A DNA stretch of 63,439 nucleotides from IMG/VR virus record IMGVR_UViG_3300045988_126429, positions 1-63,439 of that record. One strand, 5' to 3'. The notes beneath the pieces are model-generated. The model did no database searches and was not told the DNA's origin. It saw only the letters and a list, made by a program, of their open reading frames with translations. Positions 1-7,864 of this stretch are shown in pieces (the stretch's first letter is position 1; every line of letters starts with the position of its first letter). Position numbers and translations under genes: made by a program. This DNA is from a virus.

Positions 1-55
1 TTTACAGCACCTTTTCTGTCTACAATTTTTGCGCCGTAGACAAGCTTTATTTTTT
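1..55. repeat. 55-nt terminal overlap identical to 63385..63439 (circular closure of the assembly or a short terminal redundancy)
   Basis: nt 1-55 (tttacagcacc...caagctttatttttt) recur exactly as the last 55 nt of the window. Confidence 0.95.
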
Positions 56-112
56 CCTGTTTGCAATGAGGGCAGCACTGCTTGCCTTCTGCTGTTGTTC
101 CAAGTAGATATT

Positions 113-634
113 TCACTGTTGCTCCTCCGTTACAGCCAGGAATTTTAACACTCTGCCTGTATTACTGATTCTATATTCTTCCAGATCGTCACGCTTCAGG
201 TACTGCCTTCCATATAGCGACTTCATATTCTCCCATACAAGGAACGGCACGTTGTAAAAATCTGTCAGATTAAACGATACCAGGATAAAGCACCTTGCTC
301 CTAAAAAATGATGAACCTTTAGGTATTCAAGCTGGTGCGGTTCAAGTCTGCTTCGCAGCATCTTGTCGCCGTCGGTGTGCTTCGCTTCAAAGCACACCGC
401 TAAACCGCCTCTAAGAGTCCCCTTGTAGTCAACACCGCTTTTCTTTGCATAGTTGGCAATGAACTGTCCATGCGCTCCATAAGGGCGGATATAATGTACA
501 GGTTCGCTCTGTTTCTCTATCTTCGCAATGCCGTGTTCCTCGTAATACCGGCAGCCTGCGTCAATCATCTTTTCAAAGAATGAACCGCTTGCCTTACTCC
601 GCTTGCCTACAATGATACTTTTAAGCTGATTCAT
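113..634 (-). CDS. recU: RecU-like Holliday junction resolvase (PD-(D/E)xK)
   Basis: 173 aa; VDYKGTLRGGLAVCFEAKHTDGD resembles the D-x-G...FEAK-x-T catalytic core of RecU; last gene of the recombination/replication module. Confidence 0.7.
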   Translation of the reverse strand: MNQLKSIIVGKRSKASGSFFEKMIDAGCRYYEEHGIAKIEKQSEPVHYIRPYGAHGQFIANYAKKSGVDYKGTLRGGLAVCFEAKHTDGDKMLRSRLEPHQLEYLKVHHFLGARCFILVSFNLTDFYNVPFLVWENMKSLYGRQYLKRDDLEEYRISNTGRVLKFLAVTEEQQ

Positions 635-905
635 GTTTCTTGTACCCCTTGAATTTCATCCTGCTGAAAGCGTATCTCAGATAAGCTAAGTCCTGAAGCA
701 CATCAATGTATTCAATTTTATCAACATACACCTTGCTTCTTCCCCACGTGCTAATCAGCTTCATGCTAGGATTGTAGGTCTGGTGATATATCGTTTTGTA
801 CAAAAAACAATATTCACTGCAAATCTTCTTGAAATCATCTTTCTTTAATTCGATTTCAGTGAACGCCAGCTTACGCAAGCGGTTAACTTCGTCTTTAATC
901 TTCAT
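621..905 (-). CDS. hypothetical protein
   Basis: 94-aa ORF with GAGGTG RBS, overlaps the downstream recU-like start by 14 nt. Confidence 0.55.
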   Translation of the reverse strand: MKIKDEVNRLRKLAFTEIELKKDDFKKICSEYCFLYKTIYHQTYNPSMKLISTWGRSKVYVDKIEYIDVLQDLAYLRYAFSRMKFKGYKKHESA

Positions 906-917
906 TCTGCACCTCGC

Positions 918-1328
918 TTAAAACGGAATTTCCTCATTAAAAGGTACTGCGCTGCCAAAACCTTGGAAGTCCTGGCTTTCTTCTCCCGGTGTATGCTGAG
1001 ATTCGCCGCCTTGCTCTCTACGCTCAATGAATTCAAAGTGCTCCGCAATGACCTCGGTTACATACTTCTTTTGACCGTCTTTAGCTTCATAACTGCGAAT
1101 TTGCAGTCTGCCTTCAACTAACACACGCTTTCCCTTGCTAAGGTAGTTGCCACAGATTTCAGCTTGTTTACCCCAAATAACAACAGGGATAAAATCCGCT
1201 TCACGCTGCTTGTCTTTCGAATAAGGTCTGTCCACAGCAAGCGTGAACTGAGCAACAACCTTGCTTGTAGAAGTGTATCTTACCTCCGGGTCTTTTGTCA
1301 GTCTGCCTAATAAAACGATTTTGTTCAT
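918..1328 (-). CDS. ssb: single-stranded DNA-binding protein
   Basis: 136 aa; MNKIVLLGRLTKDPEVRYT...VIWGKQAE OB-fold signature and acidic C-terminal tip EEIPF. Confidence 0.92.
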   Translation of the reverse strand: MNKIVLLGRLTKDPEVRYTSTSKVVAQFTLAVDRPYSKDKQREADFIPVVIWGKQAEICGNYLSKGKRVLVEGRLQIRSYEAKDGQKKYVTEVIAEHFEFIERREQGGESQHTPGEESQDFQGFGSAVPFNEEIPF

Positions 1329-1549
1329 GCTTTTTGTTCCTTTCTCTTTAACGGATTGTCCTGGCAGAAAATTTCGCCGCCTTCTTTTTTGATTTTTGCT
1401 TTGATTTCGGCAATAGCTTTATGCAGATAATAAACCTCACCGCTGTCATGATACATATTGATATAGAAATTTACTATTGTCGTAAAATATCTCTTATCTT
1501 TATCACGATTTGCACTTTCAGTGATTCTCGTAAGCTCTTTATCGTCCAT
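1325..1549 (-). CDS. hypothetical protein
   Basis: 74-aa ORF, GGAGGG RBS, overlaps the ssb start by 4 nt. Confidence 0.55.
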   Translation of the reverse strand: MDDKELTRITESANRDKDKRYFTTIVNFYINMYHDSGEVYYLHKAIAEIKAKIKKEGGEIFCQDNPLKRKEQKA

Positions 1550-1558
1550 AATTCCCTC

Positions 1559-2416
1559 CTATAATCCTAATAATTTGTTAGTCGCAGCAAAGCCTTCCGC
1601 AACCTTCTTCCTGCGTCTGCTTGCGTGTGTAACCTCTACCGGGTGGCACATCTGCAAAATGCGGTCATAGATTCTTGTTTCCGTTATCGTCTGCGGCTTT
1701 TTGATTGCTTCAATCGGCAAATTCGTTGTGATGATTGTAGGCAATCCGCTCCGGCAACGGCTGTCGATGATCTGGAACACCAGCTCCTGAGCAAACTCCG
1801 TGCGCCGTTCTGCTCCTAAATCATCAAGCACTAACAACTCAAATTGATTAAATCCATCAAGATACGCTTGCTTTTGTTCAGTGCCCCACAAGGTATTGAA
1901 CACTCTGCCAAAATTAGTCATTAAGCAAGCTACACCTTTATCAATCAGTGCATTGACAACACACGCAGCAGCGAACGTCTTTCCGCTCCCGGAATTTCCG
2001 TAAAGCAGCAATCCTTTATGCATCCTGCGAAAATCATCGTAGTGCTCAACAAAATTCTTCATTGCTCGCATCGTCCGCTCATCTGCGCCGTCATCATGGC
2101 TGAAAGTCTGTGACTGAAGCTCACGCTCCGGGAAGCCAGCTTTTCTAAGCTCTTGTACCCTAGCAAGTCGCTTTTCATGTTCCTCACGTTCACGCTCTGC
2201 CTGAAGCTCTTCCGCTCTGCACTTGCAGATACAAGTTACAGTTCGTTCAACGCCAAACAAGAAACCTCTGCATTGCTTCGGCGTGTGACATTTACCACAC
2301 ATAAGCAATCCGTTTTCGTAATAATCATTTTCGTTTTGCTTATTAAGCTGTGAAGCATTTTTAGCAATGTGATCTACAGCAAGCGTAATCGAATTCTGAA
2401 CATCATTCGCATTCAT
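1559..2416 (-). CDS. DnaC/IstB-like AAA+ helicase loader with N-terminal Cys cluster
   Basis: Walker A GNSGSGKT, Walker B LLVLDDLG, N-terminal CGKCH...CICKC; follows the replisome organizer gene. Confidence 0.85.
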   Translation of the reverse strand: MNANDVQNSITLAVDHIAKNASQLNKQNENDYYENGLLMCGKCHTPKQCRGFLFGVERTVTCICKCRAEELQAEREREEHEKRLARVQELRKAGFPERELQSQTFSHDDGADERTMRAMKNFVEHYDDFRRMHKGLLLYGNSGSGKTFAAACVVNALIDKGVACLMTNFGRVFNTLWGTEQKQAYLDGFNQFELLVLDDLGAERRTEFAQELVFQIIDSRCRSGLPTIITTNLPIEAIKKPQTITETRIYDRILQMCHPVEVTHASRRRKKVAEGFAATNKLLGL

Positions 2417-2428
2417 GCTATCACCTCA

Positions 2429-3322
2429 CTAAAAATATTTGTCCAGGTCTGTTTGGTCGTCCGGCGGTTTCTTTGGCTTTTGATTGTCACCGCTCGCAAG
2501 GTTTCTTGCAACTCCCTCACAATAGGCTATTGACTTCTTTCCTTGCTGCGCTGTTATTGTTACCGCTTGCATAGCTATTAGCTCGCCGTGCTCCTTAACA
2601 ATAGCCTGTAACCGCTCTGCAATATATGGCGTTATCGGCGTAACATTTTGATTCCAAAAGCCAACAGGATTATTATCGCTCGTAACATTTTCGTAACTGT
2701 TACACGTAACAACAGAATTTTCATTGCAACAACCACTACTAAAGTTGTTGTTGTTACTCTTACTCTTATTCTCTTTCTTATTCTTACTCTTATTCTTATC
2801 CGTAACATCTGTGTTTGTTACATCGTTGTTACACGTAACATCTTGACTTGTTACGCTTTTGTTACACGTAACATCTTCGTAACATTCCGTAACATTTGCA
2901 TTTGTTACATCAGTGTTACATGTTTTGGATTCCCTCTCACGCTGCCTTTTAGCTCTCATTGCTTCCTTGCACCGTTCACGCTCCTTAAGCTTTGAAAGCT
3001 CTTCAGCGTTCTGATGCTCACTCCAGCCTACAATATAGATATATCCGTTGTCCTCTATATCAATCATGTTGTACTGCCGAAATACTTCTAAAGCAGTTTC
3101 CGCAATTTTAGGCTTAAAACCACCAACAGCAGCTAAGGTTTTAGGTGTATACGCTACACCTTCGGTAGCGTATACATAACCACCATCGTTTTTTTTACGA
3201 GCTAAAGCTAACAAGAAGAACCACATTAATGCCAGGCTATCACCAATCTTCGTATCAGCACGAAGTATCTTGATTTTTTCGCTGTCGAATACATCAGCGC
3301 TAACCTTGAACCAGTTCTCCAT
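2429..3322 (-). CDS. phage replisome organizer / DnaD-like initiator
   Basis: N-terminus MENWFKVSADVFDSEKIKIL is typical of phage replisome organizers; DnaD-like C-terminus; central low-complexity DVT/NVT repeats are encoded by DNA iterons. Confidence 0.8.
   Translation of the reverse strand: MENWFKVSADVFDSEKIKILRADTKIGDSLALMWFFLLALARKKNDGGYVYATEGVAYTPKTLAAVGGFKPKIAETALEVFRQYNMIDIEDNGYIYIVGWSEHQNAEELSKLKERERCKEAMRAKRQRERESKTCNTDVTNANVTECYEDVTCNKSVTSQDVTCNNDVTNTDVTDKNKSKNKKENKSKSNNNNFSSGCCNENSVVTCNSYENVTSDNNPVGFWNQNVTPITPYIAERLQAIVKEHGELIAMQAVTITAQQGKKSIAYCEGVARNLASGDNQKPKKPPDDQTDLDKYF
2639..2930. repeat. putative replication origin: iterons flanking a pyrimidine-skewed tract, embedded in the initiator gene
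   Basis: At least 8 copies of CGTAACAT (2639, 2681, 2811, 2834, 2867, 2878, 2888...), 3 copies of GTTACACGTAAC (inverted GTTAC/GTAAC), and the tract ttactcttactcttattctctttcttattcttactcttattcttatc between the clusters. Confidence 0.6.
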
Positions 3323-3399
3323 GTCGCCCTCCTACAATAACTTCTTCCATAATGGTTGCCGTCTAAGTAACCTTACATACTTCATAAGTGCTTTCTTTC

Positions 3400-4071
3400 T
3401 CATGCAGTCTGCCCCATTTCTTCAAGTAAGGTCTTAATAGCCGTATGAGCAAGCGCATATTGAGGAATTGTAACCATTTTTTCAAGCTCTTCAATAGTCA
3501 AGTCCTTAATGTTTTTGTATGCAGCAAGCGGTCTGCCGTTCTTATCGTGACCATTAGCAACAGTTACAACAATCTCACCTTGAGGGGTAATCTTAACAAA
3601 TTTATCTCCGGTAGCTTGCGGTTGAGCTTTAGGCTTCTGCTCTGTGTTTTTGGCTTTAAAATCTTGCTTCGGTTCCGGTGCACAAGCTGAATTTCCGTCA
3701 TCGTCCTCTTGCGCAAGTCCAAGAGCCGCTGCAAGGCTGTATCTTCTAGCATATGTCAGCGTACTGCCAAAACCCTGGGCATCATTTTTCTGAATAGGAT
3801 AACTGCTCGTTACCTTAATAAATTGACCGCTGCTATGCATGATCAGTGTAGTAACAGCAAGCTTATTATTTTCTACAATTCCTTCGTTAGCCTGGAATAT
3901 ACTTAAGCCGTTCTTGCTAAGCGGCTCACGTGCTACGTTCAGGCATTCCGCTAAATCCGCATATTTGCTTTTAAAAAACGGATTGTCACAGCCTTTAACA
4001 GCATTTTTCATTTCGCCCTGAGCCTTTGCTAAAGATTCAGCCAAAGCGTCGATTTTTTCGCTCATTTCCAT
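3400..4071 (-). CDS. ERF-family single-strand annealing recombinase
   Basis: 223 aa; KSKYADLAECLNV...GSTLTYARRYSLAAALGL matches remembered ERF motifs. Confidence 0.8.
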   Translation of the reverse strand: MEMSEKIDALAESLAKAQGEMKNAVKGCDNPFFKSKYADLAECLNVAREPLSKNGLSIFQANEGIVENNKLAVTTLIMHSSGQFIKVTSSYPIQKNDAQGFGSTLTYARRYSLAAALGLAQEDDDGNSACAPEPKQDFKAKNTEQKPKAQPQATGDKFVKITPQGEIVVTVANGHDKNGRPLAAYKNIKDLTIEELEKMVTIPQYALAHTAIKTLLEEMGQTA

Positions 4072-4443
4072 TTAAATCACCTTTCCTTCCTTAACCAGCT
4101 CTTCAAGTCTGCTATGAAGCTTAAGAGTTGTTTCAGCATCCCAGTGACAGCATTCACGATAGCTGCCAACTTTAGGATATGTTTGCATATTCACCGACAA
4201 GCTGTTAACGTTATAGCTTAATACATCACCTTCACGCACAGCCTGTTTTTCCTGGTGGTATCCGAAGTGTTGATACTTACATTTGCCATCCCTGGTACAA
4301 TGTGCGCAAGTCTTAAAGTCTTTCAACCAGCTCTCTTTCGTCTGCTTCTGTTCGCCGTGCTTTCTTTTTCTAAAAGCTTCAAATCCTTCCATGCTAAGTC
4401 CGCTGCGAGCTAACACGGCGTTAACCTGTTCATTAGTTACCAT
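4072..4443 (-). CDS. hypothetical Cys/His-rich protein
   Basis: ORF 4072..4473; the internal ATG at 4443 lies 6 nt after AAAGGAGG; CAHCTRDGKC...CCHW. Confidence 0.55.
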   Translation of the reverse strand: MVTNEQVNAVLARSGLSMEGFEAFRKRKHGEQKQTKESWLKDFKTCAHCTRDGKCKYQHFGYHQEKQAVREGDVLSYNVNSLSVNMQTYPKVGSYRECCHWDAETTLKLHSRLEELVKEGKVI

Positions 4444-4642
4444 ATACATCCTCCTTTTGAATTCCGAAACCAAGCTTTAAATCAGCATAGGCTTTGACTA
4501 CTCTGCCTTGTGCAGTTGTATAGCCTTTTAGCTGAAGCTCTTTGTTCCATTCCCTTATAAGCGAGTAGCCTTTTCCAACGCCTACGCCTAAAAGGTTGGC
4601 AATGTCTTTAGCTGTGTAGAATCTGCTTTCCATGTTTGACAA
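4433..4642 (-). CDS. small HTH DNA-binding protein (excisionase/MerR-like)
   Basis: 69 aa; FYTAKDIANLLGVGVGKGYSLIREWN helix-turn-helix pattern. Confidence 0.5.
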   Translation of the reverse strand: MSNMESRFYTAKDIANLLGVGVGKGYSLIREWNKELQLKGYTTAQGRVVKAYADLKLGFGIQKEDVYGN

Positions 4643-4702
4643 CCTCTTTTCCGTATGCTATACTATATATGACCTATTTTTTAAACCGATTTCCTTTCGA
4701 CT

Positions 4703-5173
4703 TTATTTATAGGTTAAAGGCTCTCTATTAGCGTGGGGGGTCTTTTCTTTTTGCTCTTCTTCAATACCAATCAATACAAGTAAAGCCTGTGCACCTTCCC
4801 GGCATTCTTTTAAAAGACTGTCGCCTAGGTGCTTTTTTTGTACCGTTTTTGCTACCATTTGCGGAAACAATTCAACCACTTCTCCGACTTCTTTTTGCGC
4901 CCTCAACATATTCACTGCTAAATCATCAGCAGGAGGAATAAGTCCAAAAACGTCGCAGAACACAATGTTATTTTGCAGGTGCTGTACACGTAACCACGGT
5001 GTACGATAGAGTTTTGCCATTGCTAGTGCAATAACATCAGGGCATTGCCGCCAGTTAATCTCATAATCTTTCAAGCAGCTAGAAGAAATACCTAGTTTTT
5101 CTGCCGCCTTAACGCGGTTCAAACCTGCATATTCTCTAGCTGTTTTGTAGATATTAGTTTGAGTTTCAGACAT
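4703..5173 (-). CDS. HTH (XRE-like) regulator
   Basis: Start MSETQ 9 nt after GAAAGGAG; REYAGLNRVKAAEKLGISSSCLKDYE HTH. Confidence 0.55.
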   Translation of the reverse strand: MSETQTNIYKTAREYAGLNRVKAAEKLGISSSCLKDYEINWRQCPDVIALAMAKLYRTPWLRVQHLQNNIVFCDVFGLIPPADDLAVNMLRAQKEVGEVVELFPQMVAKTVQKKHLGDSLLKECREGAQALLVLIGIEEEQKEKTPHANREPLTYK

Positions 5174-5237
5174 CTTAAAAAACTCCTTTCTGGTATAATA
5201 CAAGTATGGCAGTTAACCAATCGTTATAAATCTGCCA

Positions 5238-5537
5238 TCATTGATTCTTCACTGTGTAGTAATTAACAGTGACTACATCTCCAGGCTGGAGATAACGGCG
5301 GTTGGCGGTCAGATGCTGGTTGTCTTTGCTCACGTTATACCAAAATTCATCGAAGCACATTCTTGTTTTGTTAAGCAGAAAATACTTATCAGCGATTCCA
5401 TACATTGTTTCGCCTTCCTGTACAACGTGTGTGATTGTATGCCTTTGCACCTGGCTGTCCGAAAATCCGCCAACTAAACTAAGGCAAAACCATGTCGCTG
5501 CAATCAAGCAGCAGACTTTGAATGTCTTAACTAACAT
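5238..5537 (-). CDS. membrane-anchored LysM-like protein
   Basis: N-terminal TM (CCLIAATWFCLSLVGG), then HVVQEGETMYGIADKY...LQPGDVVTV resembling LysM. Confidence 0.45.
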   Translation of the reverse strand: MLVKTFKVCCLIAATWFCLSLVGGFSDSQVQRHTITHVVQEGETMYGIADKYFLLNKTRMCFDEFWYNVSKDNQHLTANRRYLQPGDVVTVNYYTVKNQ

Positions 5538-5543
5538 TCTTTA

Positions 5544-5726
5544 TCACTCCTTTGTAGTAATTTCCAGCTTTTCTACTACCGTTAAGATTTTGTAATTTCC
5601 ATGACGATAGCAAGCCCAAAAGCACTTACATGCTTCAGTCTCGTTTCTTTCGGTAAAAATATCAAGTCTTACCTTACCAGTTTCCAAACTTTGAAAAACT
5701 ACTACCCAATCTTTACATTTATACAT
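5544..5726 (-). CDS. hypothetical protein
   Basis: 60-aa ORF with AAGGAGGG RBS. Confidence 0.5.
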   Translation of the reverse strand: MYKCKDWVVVFQSLETGKVRLDIFTERNETEACKCFWACYRHGNYKILTVVEKLEITTKE

Positions 5727-5741
5727 CTCTTCTTCCCTCCT

Positions 5742-5930
5742 TTACGCTTCCAAAAAGTAATCAACGCTTACGCCGAAGTATTCGGCGAGTTTTTGTAATG
5801 CTTCAACATTAGGTTTGTTTCTGCCATTTTTCCAAGTTGAAAAAGCTGAATTGCTAAGTCCTGTTGCCTTCGCAACTTGATAAGCAGTAACATTGTTTTT
5901 CTGCATTAATTCAGCAATTTTTCTATACAT
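5742..5930 (-). CDS. Cro-like XRE-family HTH repressor
   Basis: 62 aa; NNVTAYQVAKATGLSNSAFSTWKNGRNKP; divergent from the CI-like gene, which carries a near-identical HTH. Confidence 0.85.
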   Translation of the reverse strand: MYRKIAELMQKNNVTAYQVAKATGLSNSAFSTWKNGRNKPNVEALQKLAEYFGVSVDYFLEA

Positions 5931-5945
5931 TTCAGCACTCCTTTC

Positions 5946-5974
5946 TTGACGTTCAATTTTGAACGTGATATACT
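5946..5974 (+). promoter_or_regulatory. rightward promoter for the CI-like gene with an operator palindrome in the spacer
   Basis: TTGACG (5946-5951), 17-nt spacer, TATACT (5969-5974); the spacer holds GTTCAAttTTGAAC (5951-5964); the -35 abuts the cro RBS. Confidence 0.55.
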
Positions 5975-6045
5975 TTAATTGACAAATGTAGAATATAGTA
6001 AAGTGTTGTACATTTGTAGATGTTTTTATTTTACTTTCTAGTAAT

Positions 6046-6074
6046 ATTATACTACATTGTTCTACTTTTGTAAA
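6046..6074 (-). promoter_or_regulatory. leftward early promoter for the cro operon
   Basis: Minus strand TTTACA (6074-6069), 17 nt, TATAAT (6051-6046); same core as the three early promoter cassettes at 45.5, 48.5 and 52.8 kb. Confidence 0.6.
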
Positions 6075-6119
6075 GTAGTTTATTGCGTTTTTGTGAAATA
6101 TTTTGTCGAAATGAAATAG

Positions 6120-6515
6120 GTGAAAATGTACGAAAAATTTGAAATATTACTTAATTCAAAAGGTGTAACTGCATATCAGGTTGCCAAAGCAACGGGCGTT
6201 AGTAATTCCATGCTTTCATCATGGAAGAAAAATCGAACAACACCAAAAATGAATACGTTGCAGTTAATCGCCGATTATTTTAATGTCCCGGTGTCATATT
6301 TTTATAGTGACACAGAATATGCTCTCGGTGTAACAGAACAACAAGCAAAGTCCCTCGGCATAGACACTGAAGCAGTAAAGCAGCAGCTCAACGCCCAGCT
6401 TCTCGACGAACAGGCTATTGAGATTGCAAAACAGATTCAGAAGCTCGATGACACCCAAAAGATGGCTATCGAGCAAATTATAAAAGGGCTGTTGCAAGGC
6501 AAAGGCAAGGCCTGA
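6120..6515 (+). CDS. CI-like XRE-family repressor
   Basis: 131 aa (GTG 6120 or ATG 6126); KGVTAYQVAKATGVSNSMLSSWKKNRTTP HTH plus a C-terminal helical region. Confidence 0.85.
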   Translation: MKMYEKFEILLNSKGVTAYQVAKATGVSNSMLSSWKKNRTTPKMNTLQLIADYFNVPVSYFYSDTEYALGVTEQQAKSLGIDTEAVKQQLNAQLLDEQAIEIAKQIQKLDDTQKMAIEQIIKGLLQGKGKA

Positions 6516-6835
6516 CTTCCCCTTCGCCAGCATGGCATAATACCTTGCAATCTAAAGGAAGGAGGTTAAAACGAAGTCGATGTCATACCACTAACGAGTA
6601 TGCACAGCTGATTCGACAATTACCAACAGAGCATGTGTATTTTCTGCTACTCTGCATAGAAATTGCCAACCAACTGGTTGCAAAAAAAGCAAGCTGAAAC
6701 TGTAAAATGCGGACTTAACGATTCAACTTGATGTTAGGGGGATTCTCTTTAGGGAGCCATTTTGTAGAAGAACTACAGCGATAAGAGGGCGTATATGTCC
6801 GTCCTCTTTTTCGTGTACAGAAAAGAGGTTATACA

Positions 6836-7543
6836 ATGAAAAAATTCACAGTATTCATGCTGTTAGCACTTTGTTTGCTCACTGTTGCCTGCGGTGGTCC
6901 TTCAGCTAAAGAAGAAGCAGAACGGTTGCATAAAGACCACACGCTGGCTACAAGAGTGATTTGGAACGATAATTTTGTTCCTAAATTGAAAAAAATTCAT
7001 AACGAATTACCGGAAGATAAAAAGGATGCAGAAGCAGCTAAACTAGCAGAAGAATACAAGCCGAAATTAGAAGATGCATACAAAAAAATTCAAGCTGAAA
7101 AAGTTCAAGACAAAAACAAACATCTTGCGGAGCTGATTCAGCAGCAAGATAAAAACTCGCTAGAATTTTTAAATTTGCTAATAATGCTCAACGATAAGCA
7201 GAATCTAAAAGAGCAAAACTGGCAGCAAGATTTCGCAAACGTAACAATGAGCTTGTTTAACACTAAATTAGAATATGACAACGAATATTCTAAAATCACT
7301 ACCGGGAAAGGCACTTATGAATTAACATTAGCCAACTTCCAAAAAATCCATAAGGGAGATACATATCAGAAAGTTGCTGAAACATTCAAGATGCCCGGCG
7401 TTTTAAAAAGCTCAAGTTCATCTCAGCTTAGCTACGGACTTCACACCCTTAATACATGGGAATGGGAGCTTAATGATTCCAGGGTTAGTATAATTTTTGA
7501 AAATAATAAGGCAGAATTAATTCACCAATTCAATTTAAAGTAA
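6836..7543 (+). CDS. lipoprotein (candidate superinfection-exclusion/moron protein)
   Basis: MKKFTVFMLLALCLLTVAC: signal peptide with lipobox LTVAC; lies between repressor and integrase. Confidence 0.75.
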   Translation: MKKFTVFMLLALCLLTVACGGPSAKEEAERLHKDHTLATRVIWNDNFVPKLKKIHNELPEDKKDAEAAKLAEEYKPKLEDAYKKIQAEKVQDKNKHLAELIQQQDKNSLEFLNLLIMLNDKQNLKEQNWQQDFANVTMSLFNTKLEYDNEYSKITTGKGTYELTLANFQKIHKGDTYQKVAETFKMPGVLKSSSSSQLSYGLHTLNTWEWELNDSRVSIIFENNKAELIHQFNLK

Positions 7544-7578
7544 CAGACTATTCCCCTAGCCTGTTAAAAAAAATCACT

Positions 7579-7600
7579 AGCAGGCGTAAAGCCTGCTTTT
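7579..7600 (+). terminator. intrinsic terminator after the lipoprotein gene
   Basis: AGCAGGC-gtaaa-GCCTGCT followed by TTTT. Confidence 0.6.
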
Positions 7601-7864
7601 GTGCTTTTTGAAATAAAAAAGGCTTGAAAAACAGTCTGAACATAAAATCCCAGGTTGCTTTTCAAGCCAGCGTTTTTATACAGTTTATATTACTATTTTT
7701 ATAGATTAAAAATCTTATCAGAGCTTCATATTTAGCTTATATGAGCATTTAATTTTTACTAATATAAATATAAGCAGAAGCCTTGAAAAGTCGCTTATAA
7801 GCTAAATACTAAAGAGAATTTTTAGCGTTTTTGGCAAAAATTTACATGAAAGGAGCTGCAGAAC

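Noticed and set aside
1-112. Hairpin TGTCTAC-N12-GTAGACA plus a T-run in the junction intergenic region; a short Cys-rich ORF crossing the window ends; an in-frame read-through tail after the recU stop
   Set aside because: The hairpin's T-run is on the plus strand, where nothing is transcribed into it. The ~29-codon wrap-around ORF needs a GTG start and has no support. The read-through tail is only 21 codons with no signal.
2648-2995. 115-aa plus-strand ORF over the iteron region
   Set aside because: It is produced by the repetitive GTTAC/CGTAACAT iterons inside the replisome-organizer gene. The translation is repetitive (VTRNI...).
6540-6700. Start-less open frame reading ...NEYAQLIRQLPTEHVYFLLLCIEIANQLVAKKAS after the CI-like gene
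   Set aside because: It has no ATG or GTG, only a weak TTG without an RBS. It is probably a relic of another repressor C-terminus. I mention it under the lipoprotein-leader finding and do not call it a gene.
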